Part shown: one piece after another, positions 1 through 12,690 of the stretch
How positions within the stretch are numbered: the stretch's first letter is position 1
Layout: every line of letters starts with the position of its first letter
DNA from: Sphagnum compactum
Taxonomy: Eukaryota
Length of the DNA stretch: 64,000 nt
Direction of reading: 5' to 3'
Assembly (NCBI GenBank): GCA_965153455.1
Contig: OZ234494.1
Span: 11,470,001-11,534,000, forward strand
Program-made: the position numbers and the translations under genes
Notes under the pieces: model-generated
Told to the model about the DNA's origin: nothing
Databases searched by the model: none
What the model saw: the letters and a program-made list of their open reading frames with translations, nothing else

Positions 1-125
1 GGATAACAAAGTCAAAAGATTAGTCCCCAAGCAAATGAAACAGAAAACATTTTTGTGTTCATCTGCCTGTAAAAAAATTTCATATCCATGTTGTTATGAA
101 CTGACCCAGAGAAAGATCTTCAAAC

Positions 126-1813
126 CTGTGTGAGATTATAGCCTCTTTTCTGAAGAGCAAGAACAGCCCCACGAGCATAATTCCCCCATGCACCTTCCTC
201 ATAACTTTCTGCATTCTTGTTTTTGCTGTTATCACTGAACTTTCTCGGAGGCACATTATCAATGCTGCAGCAAAAATAGAGATCACTGCAGGTTGCTGTT
301 GTGTGAAACAAAGAAATCCAATACCTAAGTTTCATCAGAAAATCAATCAAACACTCATAACTGAAGAAAGGTTCTGCGGCAGTCATCTCTATTGCTCTCA
401 CAAGCTGCCTCGAAGACAGTTCCAAGGAGAGAGCTATTCTGTCAGTACCTGAACAGAACTTCGCCTGCAAATTGGCCTGATAGCAGCCGCATCTGCAACC
501 ACCATCAGCAAAATAATAAAAAATCCAGCAATAAGCACATGAAAATAAACACATCCTACGAAGTTCTCCCACAAGTCCCAACACTGTGAAAGTGGATACA
601 TGGGTCCTCTGGGTCATGATTCTCTCAGGTTGCAGGCTATAATGAGTTGAGCTGCATTATTACCTTGAGATTGCCAGAAGAGACAAACCCAAGAAGTACT
701 CCTTGACTGATGGCCATGGCTGACACTGACCCACCCTGCAAATGCCATACACATATCTCTCTCTTCATGAGTACACAGAACCTTTGCCATACTTACAATG
801 TCAGGGACTTCAGATCTGACAAACTGGAAGAAGAAGAAGATGATGAAGAAAAAGAAACCCCACCCTTAAAGAAGAGAGAAAAACCTAAAAAGCTAAATCA
901 AAAACTGAGATACACTGCCAAGAATGCATCATTCTTGCTGTCTTGAAGTTGTCCATCCCAAATGCTTGAAAAGGTAGTGATTCTGCAAACAATATCTGAG
1001 GATGCCAATGAGGTGGGGGAGTTTTATCATCTCGGAAGTTCAGCTCTGCCTTCATTTTGTGAACTTGGAGAGAGCTTGCAAAAATCACCTGATGATCAAT
1101 ATGGGCTCCCAGAGGACAAATCCGATACGGTGACACTACCACCCTTACATCTTCACTCTGTGATGATTCCACCACCATACTCACAACTTTCTCTTTCACT
1201 TTCCTAATCTGCAAAACCCCGAAAAAAATCCTCACAATCTCTTGTTGTAGCAATTCCATCCCAACCAGAGAATTTCTGCAACAAACAGCTGAGAGACATG
1301 TTTGAACAAAAAATTACTGCAATAACAGATGAGAGAAATGCTTGAACAAAGAATTTCTGCAACAAATGCTTGAACAAAGACTTTCTGCACCAACCAACAG
1401 ACAAGAGGCATGTTTGAAGCCCTGCAACAACAACAGATGAGAGACACATGTCCAAACAAAGAAAATCTGCAAAAGATCGAGGGAGACATGTCAGAACAAA
1501 AAATTTCTGCAACAGACAAGACCCATGTTTGAACAAAGAATTTCTTCTGTAATAACAGATGATGATGAGACCCATGTTTGAACAAAGAATTTCTTCGGCG
1601 ACAACAGATGATGATGAGACCCATGTTTGAACAAAGAATTTCTTCGGCGACAAAAGATGATGATGAGACCCATGTTTGAACACAGAATTTCTGCAACAAC
1701 AACAGATGATGATGATGATGATGATGAGACAGAAAGATTTCTGCACACAACAGTTTTTGCCAGCCTACCAGAACACATGAAGGCCACAATGTGTTTGATG
1801 ATGCCAAAGCCAT
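126..1813 (-). CDS. GALAK: Galacturonokinase (GHMP kinase family), 5' part; gene continues off the left edge. Exons 1769-1813, 1089-1208, 664-735, 449-492, 126-264
   Basis: Spliced translation MALASSNTLWPSCVL|IRKVKEKVVSMVVESSQSEDVRVVVSPYRICPLGAHIDHQ|GGSVSAMAISQGVLLGFVSSGNLK|MRLLSGQFAGEVLFS|IDNVPP...WGNYARGAVLALQKRGYNLTQ matches the plant GalAK N-terminus (PYRICPLGAHIDHQGG, WGxYARGA). All introns are GT-AG and in phase. The start exon is the least certain. Confidence 0.88.
1265..1745. repeat. Degenerate ~49-bp minisatellite filling GALAK intron 1
   Basis: Unit acagatgatgatgagacccatgtttgaacaaagaatttcttcggcgaca; near-perfect copies at ~1555-1700, more diverged leftwards. Confidence 0.9.
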
Positions 1814-3171
1814 TGCTGCTGCTCTTCCGTAGCTCAAGTCTTGAGGAGCAGGAAGAAAAAAACACACCACCCGAAACCTCAAATCTGCACAAGAAGTGGA
1901 GGGATTCCTCGCAGACTCGGAAGAAGAAGAAGAAGAAGAAGAAAGAAATCACCCAAAGTGGCAGTTCCACAGCCTGTTATTTTCCACTTTCGCTTCTAGA
2001 CTATCAGATCCAATAGACAGCAAAGATTTCGGCAATGCCGGTTCTTCTTCCTGTTTTGCTCTTGCTCTTCTTCGCCATCTTCTTCTTCCGATCTTCACGT
2101 CCATCACCAGCTTCTTCTTCTTCTTCTTCTTCTTCTTCTCTCTGATTCTTTCTTCTGTTTTCCGACCATCATCATCAGTCAGACATGTTTTCCATGTTTG
2201 TTTGTTTGTTGGTCAGGTTGGTGAGAAACAACCCATCCCTCTTTTTGTTCTCTCTTTCTGAAAAAAACAGTCTCTTTCTTCTTTTGCTGTTTGGCGGGTC
2301 CCATTAATTCTCTCTCCCATTCTCCTCCTCATCTGTGGTGAGCAAGAAAAGCAATGCAGAGAAGGACAGTAGTAGGGTGCCTCATCTCTTCCTGTGAAGA
2401 AGCTTGGGATCTTCTTCTTTCTTGATTTTCACATCCCACTTGAAGCAATGCACCTGCAGTTTTTTCCTTTCTGGAGTGCCACCAAGAGGGTCTCTACGAT
2501 TAGAAATAGGGTTTTGAGATAGCTGCAAAGGTTTCATTATACTCTTCTCTCTTCTGTTGATGATGATGGCATTTGGGGCACTGAGAAGAAGATGTGGGAA
2601 GCAACTTCCACATCTGGAACAAGACATCCAGAGTACTTCCCTCCAATTTCCTTATTATTATTTTTCTTTTGCAGCATGCAAAGACAAGATCCAGAGTTCA
2701 TGAGTTTGATCATTCCAGAAGGCTTACCAGCTTGCTGCCACTCCTGTTCATGCTTGCAGTAGAAAGCCCTGGTGTTGTCACTCCATAGGCTCTGCTGCTA
2801 TCCCTACTCCAGAAAGCATCTGGAATTATGGCAAACTCTGAAGTGGCTTTGTGGGTGTATCAACAGATGACCGGTAAAATTGCCTCATGCTATAGAATGC
2901 AGCAAGCAGGCCAGGAGGTGTTGAACATCCTGCACATCCCAGTGAGCAGCTCAGAGAGAGTTCATGGACATTGAATTTCACAGACATGATTGCATCATTT
3001 TACAGGGTACACTTTCTGTCTCTTTCAGCTTCTCTCACTTGTCTGCAACACACAGAGGGTCTATGACTGCAAAAACTGTCTTATGGGTAGTGCATGTGTG
3101 TGTATGTGTGTGTGCAAGAGAGAGAGAGTCTGCTCCGTCCACAGTCGGCATGGTATAGTTATAACCATAAG

Positions 3172-3438
3172 GCTTCAGCAATGGATACTGTAACGGGTAT
3201 TCTTCCTCAAGCCTTGCTTTGCGGCTTCAGCAATAAATACTGACATGCATATTCTTCCTCAAGCCTTATTTTGTGGCTTCAGCAATTGATGCGATCATGG
3301 GTATTCTTCCTCGAGCCTTATTTTGCGGCTTCAATAATGGATACTGTCATGGGTATTCTCTCTTCCTCAAGCCTTATTTTGCAGCTTCAACAATGGATAC
3401 CATCATTGGTATTCATACTTCCTCAAACCTTATTTGGC
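3172..3438. repeat. 52-bp tandem repeat, ~5 copies
   Basis: Unit gcttcagcaatggatactgtcatgggtattcttcctcaagccttattttgcg; gcttcagca recurs at 3172, 3224 and 3276. Confidence 0.9.
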
Positions 3439-4189
3439 ATTGCTGCTCAAGCTCACCTTGTTTATCTTGAATCTGCAATTTGTCTTGTAACAAAAGGACA
3501 GAGAGGAGGGCCTCCACAAAGCAACATTTCTGCTGTACACCCACCATTGATCGGGAGCTGATGAAGTCAGTGGGAGCTTGTCATAGCAGCTCATCACAGC
3601 TACTTGTGATGAATGTGAAATTCACATCTGACAATTTGTGAGCAACTCTCATAAGGTTATGCCTACTGCACTCATTGCCATGTTTACCTTCAAATTGTTT
3701 GTTTTGGTGGTGAAGATTTCTCTGCAATTTCATAGATATGAAGTAGATAATCTAAACTGTTAAAAAAAAAAACAAACCCCAGTTGAAAGTCTGTCTTGGA
3801 TACAATGTTGCAAAGTATCCTTTTGCTTGTACAGTACCCGCATCCTTCCTTTTTTGCATTGCAGCAAGCAGATGGCTCTTGGTGGAACAGAAACAGAGAG
3901 ACTTCCACTGATGAATAATAGGTAGTAGAGATTGCAACCATGTTGGGTGTTGCCATTGACGACTCTGATTGCAACATTGCATCCAGGTGATTCAACAACA
4001 CCCAAATCAAAACACTGATTTGCTTGTGAGTGCCAATGCAACCAAGCAAATGGTGCACGGAGAGACATCATCTGGTTCCATAATGCTTATTGAGTTTTCA
4101 GGGATTATTAGGGTTCACTCTCGTGAGAGCTTATTTGAGTTTTGCAACAGCAAAAAAATACACATGAAGCTTCAAAATTAGAGAATCTA

Positions 4190-4312
4190 AAAAGATTCTC
4201 TATTTTCCTTAATAAAATTTTGTTCTTTGGGAATTTTTGATTTGTATTTATTTGGGGTTTCAGCATTTCTGAAAATAATATAATTTAGTGTCAAAGTTGT
4301 CAAGGTACTATG
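4190..4312 (-). mobile_element. Partial copy of the TAGTACCTTGGC-ended MITE family
   Basis: Reverse complement catagtaccttgacaactttgacactaaattatattattttcagaaatgctgaaa aligns with catgataccttggccactttgacactaatattattattttaagaaatgttgaaa at 30914. Confidence 0.6.
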
Positions 4313-4476
4313 ACAGATTAGTAGGGAGAGCAATTCCATGAATTTTCAGAAAAAAGTTTTTAAATTAAAAAAATTACATGTTTATTTAACATTAAATTTT
4401 TTTTGTCTATAAATTCTTTTAATAAAGCAAACATTCAATTATACCTGAATGATTTAAACACATTTAGATTCTCAAG

Positions 4477-4928
4477 ATCGGTGGCCCTTCCACTTGTTTT
4501 TTTCTCAACATGGCCTTTCAATTTGTGGCATTTGACCATTCATTCTCAACATTGGTGGTCCTTCCCACTTTTTTTTCTCAACATGGCCTTTCAATTTATG
4601 GCCTTTCACCATTCATTCTCAACTTCGGTGGCCCTTCCACTTTTTTTCTCAATATGGCCTTTCATTTTGTGGCCTTTCATTTTGCGGCCTTTGACCATTC
4701 ATTCTCAACATTGGTGGCCCTTCCACTTTTTTTCTCAATATGGCCTTTCATTTTGCGGCCTTCAACCATTCATTCCCAACATTGGTGGCCTTCCAATTTT
4801 TTGTCAATATGACTGTTCATTTTGTGGCCGTGACCATTCATTCTCAACATTGGTGGCCTTCCCATTTTATTTTTCTCAACATGGCCTTTCATTTGTGGCC
4901 TTTGACCATTCATTCTCAACATTTGTGG
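4477..4928. repeat. ~73-bp tandem array (left part), ~6 copies
   Basis: Unit ggtggcccttccactttttttctcaacatggcctttcattttgtggcctttgaccattcattctcaacatt, starting at ~4480, 4554, 4627, 4713, 4784 and 4852. Confidence 0.92.
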
Positions 4929-5929
4929 TAGTGATTTTTCTTTTGGCGATTGTAAAAAGTGTCTTATGATATGCTCATTGGCTTCTTCAGATTTTTTAAT
5001 TAAAAAAACACCCAAATGCCCCCTTATTGCCATTTGTTGTGGCCTTATTAACTCTCATCATTAACCTTGATCGCTTGCAACTAGCAGCCACTACTTTGTA
5101 CCATCATCATCTACACAAAAGACAAAGTCATCTACACAAAAGACAAAGTTTGATATTGCCATGTGCACGAACGTTCCACCATTGGATGTGCCAATTCCAC
5201 TGCCCAAAGAAGGATTAAATTGTCAATCTTGTTGTTGAACAAATTGACAATCACCATACCTCCATTGTCGATGAAACAACCATTGTGAATCCTCACTGGT
5301 GAATAGACGGGAGATACCTTAAGGGTTCATTCATTGATCAATTTCATTAGTTATGTGAGTTGTTTGCGTTCTTAGATGGGGTCAATTGTAATTTCTACAT
5401 GTTCAGGGTTTAGAGCTAAAGTTTATGTTCATTATGTTTTGTGTGCAAAGATTTTCAATGTTTCTTTTGTTTTTAGCGGCATTGGTTTAAGGTTAAGCTA
5501 CTTTGGTGTTTAATGGCAAGTTGATCATAAATGGGGAGTGTAACAAGTTGAAGCATTGTCGATCTACTTTTCATTATGTTCATTGGGCTTTTGAAGTTCA
5601 CGCGCAATGGCTTGTGGTGGACAAACTTAAATGAATATGCACTAGACATGACCAACACTTCAATTAAGCTCTACACTTCTTTTATTGCTCTTGTTTTTTT
5701 TGTGTTTGTTGAACATTTGTGTTGCATTGAGGTTCTTTGCGATCAGTGTATGGATAGTCAAAAGACTTTAATCAAGTTTTACACTTCCTCTCCCCCTTTT
5801 GTTTTTTCGTGTTTGTTGAACATTTTTGTTGCATTGGGGTTTTGTAAACAGTGTAGGGTTTAGTAGAGCAATGGCTCCTCCTCTTCAGGCGCTGAAACAT
5901 TTCTAATTCAAGTTGTTTTTTAAGTGTTG

Positions 5930-8270
5930 AGCCAAATCCTAGCATTGAAATCAATGGCCCGTGTTGGATTTAGCTCATGTAAAGGAGCTTCTAGTAGCAT
6001 TTTTGAAAACATCAGAAACGAAATAGAAGCTTGTCCACATTCAAATATTAATCTTGAGAACATCATAAGTTTTGGAATGGAACCTTTAGATTTTCTTAAA
6101 CCACTTGTTAAGAAGAAACCCAAGAGATTTTATGAAAAAACTCGTGTGTTTTAGGATACATGGGCTTGTCATTTTCCATGGGCAGAACCCGTCATTGGGG
6201 ATGATGGCTTGGTTTTTCAAGTTCAATATATTATCTACAACAAGATTTTAAGAAAACCAAAGTTGTTGGCTCTTAAACTTGGTCTGTTATAGAAGCACGC
6301 TAGTCGTTGAAAGGCAATTGTATTTAATTTGGGTGTGGTTGTTGATGACTAGTACTATTACAATGATGCTATAAACTACAAGAATGAAAGGGCATTCATT
6401 GGGCAAAATTCTGAATCTGTTATGACCTTAGTACAATAAGGGTTTCATTTTGGTGCTTGAAAGAAATTCATTCAATTTGCTATTGTCCTGCATATACTCA
6501 TGCATGGAAAGCCCATGTTGGAATATGAGTCCTTACGAGAATTGTTTTTGTTGTTGAAAGTCAAGAGCACGCCGTTGAAACATTGGTTTGACTATAGTGG
6601 TTGGTAGATTGTAGAAGCCATGCATGATGTTGTCCTTTCGAAGGTAATGTCTGTTATTTTAAGTGTTAACTATGTTGTTGTTAGTGTAGATGAAGTGACC
6701 ATTGTTGATGCTCAATAGTGGATCAATATCCATGCATACATGATGAAAAATTGGAAATGAATTTCAATTTTGTTGACCCTTGAAAAGGTTGAGATGGGAG
6801 CAACCTCAAACAACATTAAGGCTGTCATTTTGAATGCCATGGGTGGGTATGGGGGTCTTACTAATGAAGCCATGGGCCTCCAAGTGGATTTGCCTTGGAT
6901 GTGATGGTGAGTTTGTGTTCCAAGGCATTCGAATTGGGGTGATTACATGAACACATGAACGGATTGCCCCTTATTTCATCGGTGTCCATTGTGTAGCACA
7001 TCGAATCAATCTAGTTGTTTTAGTGTTGAGTAAGTTGTCTTTGGTTGCGTGCATTGAAGGTATCTTGTAATTTTTATATGTTTTTTTTCTCACAATCCAA
7101 AGAAAGTGTTGGAATTTGTGACCCTTGCCAAGATATTAAAGACCAAGGGCTTGAAATTGCTAAGCAACAGCAAAACCCGTTGGATATCCATGCTTAGCCT
7201 TTTGAAGTGGTTGTTAGCAGAGTATAAGTCTTTAATTGTCAAGATGTACATGGATACACCCAAAAGCAAGCCTACTTTGGATAATTTGGATCTTTTGTGT
7301 GATTGGAGTTGGTTCCGGGTCTGCCATGCATCCTTCCAATGTTGGAAGTAGTGCACACATTAATCAAATATGCTTAGAGGCAAGATGTTTTTATTTGTGA
7401 GTTCCTTAACGTAGTGAAATCAATAGAAGTTGAGTTATATCAGCTTTATGTCAATCCATTCTGTAAGTATGATGACCCAACTTTCAATGAGTTTTTAGCT
7501 ATTCATGAATAATGTAATGAGTTGTTGTTGTTCACATGGGCTTCACATGAACCTCCTGATGATTTTATGTGCCATCATATGTAGCATTCAACATTGCTGG
7601 CCAACAATATGGTCTCCATCATCGTGGAAATTTTGCTGATGTTTATGTTCATGTGCATTCTAACTAACTAAATTGCCATGCTTGAAATAATCAAGGTTAC
7701 ATGTTCGAAAGTTGCCTCAAATTTATGTTTTGAGTTGTTTTGTAGGTTTCCTAATGTAAAAGTCATGGCTGTTCTTGGCATGGTGTACCCGCAATATTGG
7801 ATATGTGAGTAATTTCCTCCCCCATTTATATCTGATTAAATTTGCATTTTGTGTTGACAAAAAGTTGAAAGGAAGATCTATAGTTCTTAAGCTTTTGGGT
7901 TCAAGGAAGCTTGATGTCCAAGCTTTTCATTTCAAGTTCATCATGAGTCACACTATTGAGGCAATGATGCGGGAATCCAAAGATGTGAACCCTGTTACTC
8001 ATATGTGGTTGAAGATCCAATCTTCTACCCTTCTAGTTCATAAGTTAAGTGAATACATGAAGGTTATTGAAAGATCATTGGTGATGATATTGGGTTCAGT
8101 GGAAGATGAAAGGACCTTCAACAATTTAGCTTTCATGAAAAACAAGTTGTGCAACTGGCTAACCACACATTTCGATTTGTGTGTCCACATGTTCACATAA
8201 TTTTTTTACATTGTCACCGTATGATGCAACCGTTGTAGCATGGAAGGAAGAATGCATGAGGTACCATGCA
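5930..8270 (+). mobile_element. Decayed hAT-superfamily (ZNF862-like) transposase with many stops and frameshifts
   Basis: Motifs in order: RVF*DTWACHFPWAEP, VSVDEVT, GCDGEFVFQG, GVHCVAHRINL (CxxH), KTRWISML, ILGSVEDERTFNNLAFMKNKL (C-terminal dimerisation region with catalytic E). Confidence 0.88.
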
Positions 8271-8955
8271 AATGGTTAGGTCTACCCACAATAACTGTAA
8301 AAAAATAATTTGTCATTCACATTTTGTAAGCTACAAAAACACATTCATCTTTTGAGGCCTTTGTATTTTATTTTTCCAAAAATTCAAGCGGCATGTATGA
8401 TTTTTGAATGCATTATGTGAAAATTGTAGGTTTGATCATGAGGGCCATCTCTTGTGCAAGATGTGTGGGTGTTGGGTTGGATGTTTCAAAGTTGGGATTT
8501 GTTTGTGGGATGTTATTGTGGGTGTAGGACTCCTCTACTGCATGGGTAGGACCTCTCGAGGTTGGGGTTCAATTCCCTTGGAGGAGATCATGTTTATGTG
8601 TGTGTGTTTATCTTGATCTTATACTTTGAAGCGTATAGCCAAAATGTTGTCCTTGTATTGAACCTAGTTGCAAAATTGTGCATACTGTCGTACACTAAGT
8701 AACCAAATCTACTACCACTCCCAAACCCTAAAGCCAAATTTTCTACTAGCTCAAAATACCATAGCCAAATGTGCTATTCTAAACTCAAGTGCCAGAGCCC
8801 AACTCTGCTATTCACTGGCAAAAACCATAGCCTAAATACCATAAAAATTTACCTTCTGTAGTCATAAATCAGGTCATTAAAATTTTGATCATTGCAAAAT
8901 GAACCCCACTGTCATCACAAAGGAAACCAGTCTGGCACTAATATGATAAAAAATT

Positions 8956-9205
8956 GACCTTCCACTTTTTTTGGCAAAATGGCCTTTCAATTTGTGGCCT
9001 TTGATCATACATTCTCAACATTGGTGGCCCTTCAACTTTTTTTCTCAACATGGCTTTTCATTTTGTGGCCTTTGATCATACATTCTCAACATTGGTGGCC
9101 CTTCAACTTTTTTTTCTCAACATGGCCTTTCATTTTGTGGGCTTTGGCCATTCATTTTTGACATTGGCCGGCCTTCCACTTTTTCTCAACTTGTCCTTTC
9201 AATTG
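8956..9205. repeat. ~73-bp tandem array (right part), ~3 copies, same orientation as 4477-4928
   Basis: Same unit: cattctcaacattggtggcccttcaacttttttctcaacatggcctttcattttgtggcctttg. Confidence 0.9.
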
Positions 9206-9510
9206 CAAGGTTTAGGTACCTAGTTAGGTGTACTTTATTACCTATATAGCACACAAATTCCAGATTTCATTTACCTTTTTGATACCTACCTACCTACTTT
9301 CCTACCTAGTTGAATTTTAAAAATTAGGTTCAAAATTCTATTTTTAGTACTTTGATAACATAAAACCAAGAAAAATTTGTAACAAGCAACAAAATGGCTC
9401 AAAATCATTTTCCAAATTTACAAAAAAATTAGAAAAAAACCCATTGAAACTTGCAAATTCCCATAATCACCTGAAATTCACCCTTTGACACTCATTTCTA
9501 ATTTCCCCCC

Positions 9511-9514
<4 letters not shown>

Positions 9515-9549
<35 letters not shown>

Positions 9550-9570
9550 ATATATATATATATATATATA
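9515..9570. repeat. Compound (CT)n(AT)n microsatellite upstream of ACP
   Basis: Read directly from the sequence. Confidence 0.9.
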
Positions 9571-9888
9571 CACAATTTTTTTTAAAAAAAGAATGATAAT
9601 AAATCAATTTTTTTCACCGAACACTAGGTACTGTGTTGCCACCTGTTAGAAAAGGGTGGCAACCGAAAGCTTCGCACTACGAACGGGAAGAGGAGACGGA
9701 TTAGGTCATCGTCTTCCTCGCGACGTTCGTTCGCTTTGCTTGCTTGCTTGCACGCAGCTCCGCTCGCATCTGCGCTAGGGATTCCGCTGCCGGAGTGTGT
9801 GTTTGTGTACCTTGCATCTCCTTTCTCCTTTCTACACCCTATAAAAATAAAAGTTCTTATTTCTTTTGGTTATATAGCCTTCCGCACT

Positions 9889-11547
9889 ATGGCATCATCG
9901 GTTCAAGCTCTTGCTTCGGGAAGTATTGCAGCCGTAAGCTTAGCATCCCTCGCTCCGGCTTCACAGAAGTTGGTGAGTGGGGTCGCTGGCTTGTGTGTGT
10001 GTGTGTGTTTTAAAAAAAATTTGCTTCTTCAGAGGCGTATTCTCTCTCTGTGTCTCTCTGTGTGCTTGATTATGTAGTTTTTCTGCTGGGTTTTGGAACC
10101 CTAGTGAAGAAGCTGTGAGCGGCATGTTTCTGCTGAAATCCTTGCCTTAGTTTATTACCTAGTTTTTTTAATGCATTGGATGCTAGGCGAATAGTAAAGC
10201 GTTTCTTTTTGTTCAGAAGTTTTTTTTGGGCAGTAGAGAGATGATTTTGTCCTTGAATGTTTGAAATGGCTGCCTTTTTGGACTTGTGAGGGTTTTGGAC
10301 CTGTTGGTAGCTCTGGATCTCAGGAGCTTTGTGCGCTTGCATTATTTATTGTGTTTTTTGGTCTGTCTTAGAAATTGTGATGTGTGTGGGATGTCAAAAA
10401 ATGCTTGCTTAACGCCCCCACTTTGTTGTGTTGCTGTTTTAGTCTGCGGCAAGCTTTAATGGATTGAGAGCATTTCCCATGCTCAAGCAAAGGCCAACTG
10501 TTATTAGGCTTGTTGCTGCCTCCTCTAGACGTCCTCTACGCATCTCTGCAGCCGTGAGTAAAAATGTTCTGGCCCTTATTGTTGACTTGTGGATTACCTG
10601 AGGGGTTCAAAGATTGAGTTCCCTGATATTGGTTTTGGGATCCTTTCCCACACACTTGTATTCTCTATTGTTGGGCACCAATGGCAGAGTTACTTTGGCT
10701 TATTACATTTCATTTCCTATCATGAAGAATTGTTATGAAGAATCTTCGATAGTCTGTGCCAATGTTATGAACGGCTGTGGCACAGCTTGTTCTACCTTCT
10801 GAATGTGAGCAATCATGTTGTGCCCACCTTGAGGTTCCAGGTTTTTCAAGGAAAATGTATGGGATGTTTTCCTACTCAAAATCAGCAGCTCTGGTTGTCT
10901 GTTGCTTATGCGATGTGCTCACATACTGCAGGCTGATGCAGAGACTTTTAAAGTTGTCTCAGCAGTGATTGCAGAGCAGTTGGCCATTGATGTAAATGAT
11001 GTGCGGGCAGAATCAAAGTTTACTGACCTTGGAGCTGACTCACTTGACACGGTGAGTGTACTGTGAAAAACACCAAGGGACTCCAGGTCTTGACTGCAGA
11101 TCTTTCTAGCTCGAATCTTGCATTAGATGTTATTAAGATGACTTCAAGATTTTGCCTCACTCCCTCCCAGTGATGTCAGACTGTGAGGATGACCTTATGA
11201 ATTTGTCAAGTACAAGTGCAATGAGTGTGGGGTATTGAAATGGTGCACGGAACTGGTTGGTGCTCCTCCATGTTAGTTTGCATACATTTAGCCTTGCTGT
11301 GGATGGATCTTGGTCTTGACTAACTAGGCTGTGTTGTTACTTCCTGTTTGGGAGAAACCATCAACTCGATTTGATCAGGCCCGTGTACTAGTAATCCAAC
11401 GGGGTGGGCTGGATGCAGGTGGAGATCATGATGGCCCTTGAAGAGAAATTTGACATCCAACTAGATGAGGATAATGCAGAACAGATTGTAACTGTCCAGC
11501 ATGCAGCAGACTTGATCCAGGACGTGGTGACTGCTAAGAAAGCCTGA
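9889..11547 (+). CDS. ACP: Plastid acyl carrier protein with transit peptide, 147 aa. Exons 9889-9972, 10443-10553, 10932-11051, 11419-11547
   Basis: Ser/Ala-rich N-terminus MASSVQALASG...RRPLRISAA; phosphopantetheine motif KFTDLGADSLDT|VEIMMALEEKFDIQL; all introns phase-0 GT-AG; TGA at 11545-11547. Confidence 0.95.
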
Positions 11548-12349
11548 ATCATGACATTTATCATTCCTGAAGAGTCTTTGTGCTGTTGATGTGATTGATT
11601 GTATGGCCTTGGAGCAGATGCAGCACACTCAAGGGAGGGGGGCAACATTTGATGTGTGTTCTGTTTCACACAGCATTGTAGAAATGCTGTTATGTTTTAA
11701 TTAAGTTAATGGCAAAAACACAGGGATTAGATTTTCTTCTGCTTGGTCACTAGTTCTCTGCTTTTCTCTGCAGTGTTTTGGATCAGGTGTTCAATGAATG
11801 TATGCGTGGCATAAGATCCATAGAATGCAAAGTGGGGGATAGAAGTGAATGCACCCTCGTTGTCTTGCAATTTTTCTCATGTTCCTGTCTTTTTATTGTG
11901 AACAACCTCAACATTGGGTGGGTAAGGTACTATTAGAAATCAAGTAGTTCATGTTCACTGTCTCTTCAGCAATTGTGCTAGTGACCTTGGGTGGGATGGG
12001 CCTAACTGGGAGCTCTTTTAAACTTTTGATTCCCCACTTGTAAGGCCTCCCTATTACAATGGTGGTGAACTATCATCAGGGGCTATTTGTAAAAACTCAA
12101 CAGCCAGATGGGAAGAAAAGTGTGGCAAGCATTGTGGACTCTGCTGTCACTGTGGTATGAGGCACTCACCTGCAGATTGCTGATGACAAAGTGCAACAGG
12201 TATCATGATTTCCCTTCCTCGGCTTTTTGCTGCAATCAAGGCCTGGGATTATGGACTAGGTATTAGTTACCTTGAGCCACCTGGCTTGCCCGGACCAGGT
12301 GGATGGCCCTGCTACAGCCTCTCATCAGCTGAAACTTGACAAATAGCAT

Positions 12350-12690
12350 ACATAGTCAAGTTGCTAGCTAGTTACGTGAAATGTGCCAAATACCAGGCAT
12401 AGTCAAGTCAGTACCTAGTCAGGGGAAAGGGGGAAGGTAGTATGCATTGTTGAGTTTTGCTAGTTGCTACATAGTCAGGTGAAACCTGGCAAATACCATA
12501 TATAGTTGAGTTGATACCTAGTCAGGCAGAAACTGGCACACACCATACATTGTCATGTTGGTACCTAGTCAGGCAAAAACTATCAGAAAACATACATTGT
12601 CAAGTTGGTACCTAGTCAGGCGGAAGGTGGCAAGCACCTACACATGTAGTCAAGTTTGCTACCTACTTTTTGAGCTAGCAACTGTTAGCT
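12350..12690. repeat. Degenerate ~50-bp tandem repeat
   Basis: Recurrent catagtcaagttg..tacctagtcagg..gaaa..tggcaaatacca, ~6-7 copies. Confidence 0.75.

Noticed and set aside
1204..2261. Several 120-216-aa ORFs
   Set aside because: Produced by the intronic minisatellite and GAA/CTT microsatellites; no protein-like content beyond GALAK exon 1.
4403..4969. 188-aa hydrophobic repeat ORF, or a CRISPR-like array
   Set aside because: Translation of the 73-bp tandem array. Units are contiguous with no unique spacers, there are no cas genes, and the context is eukaryotic.
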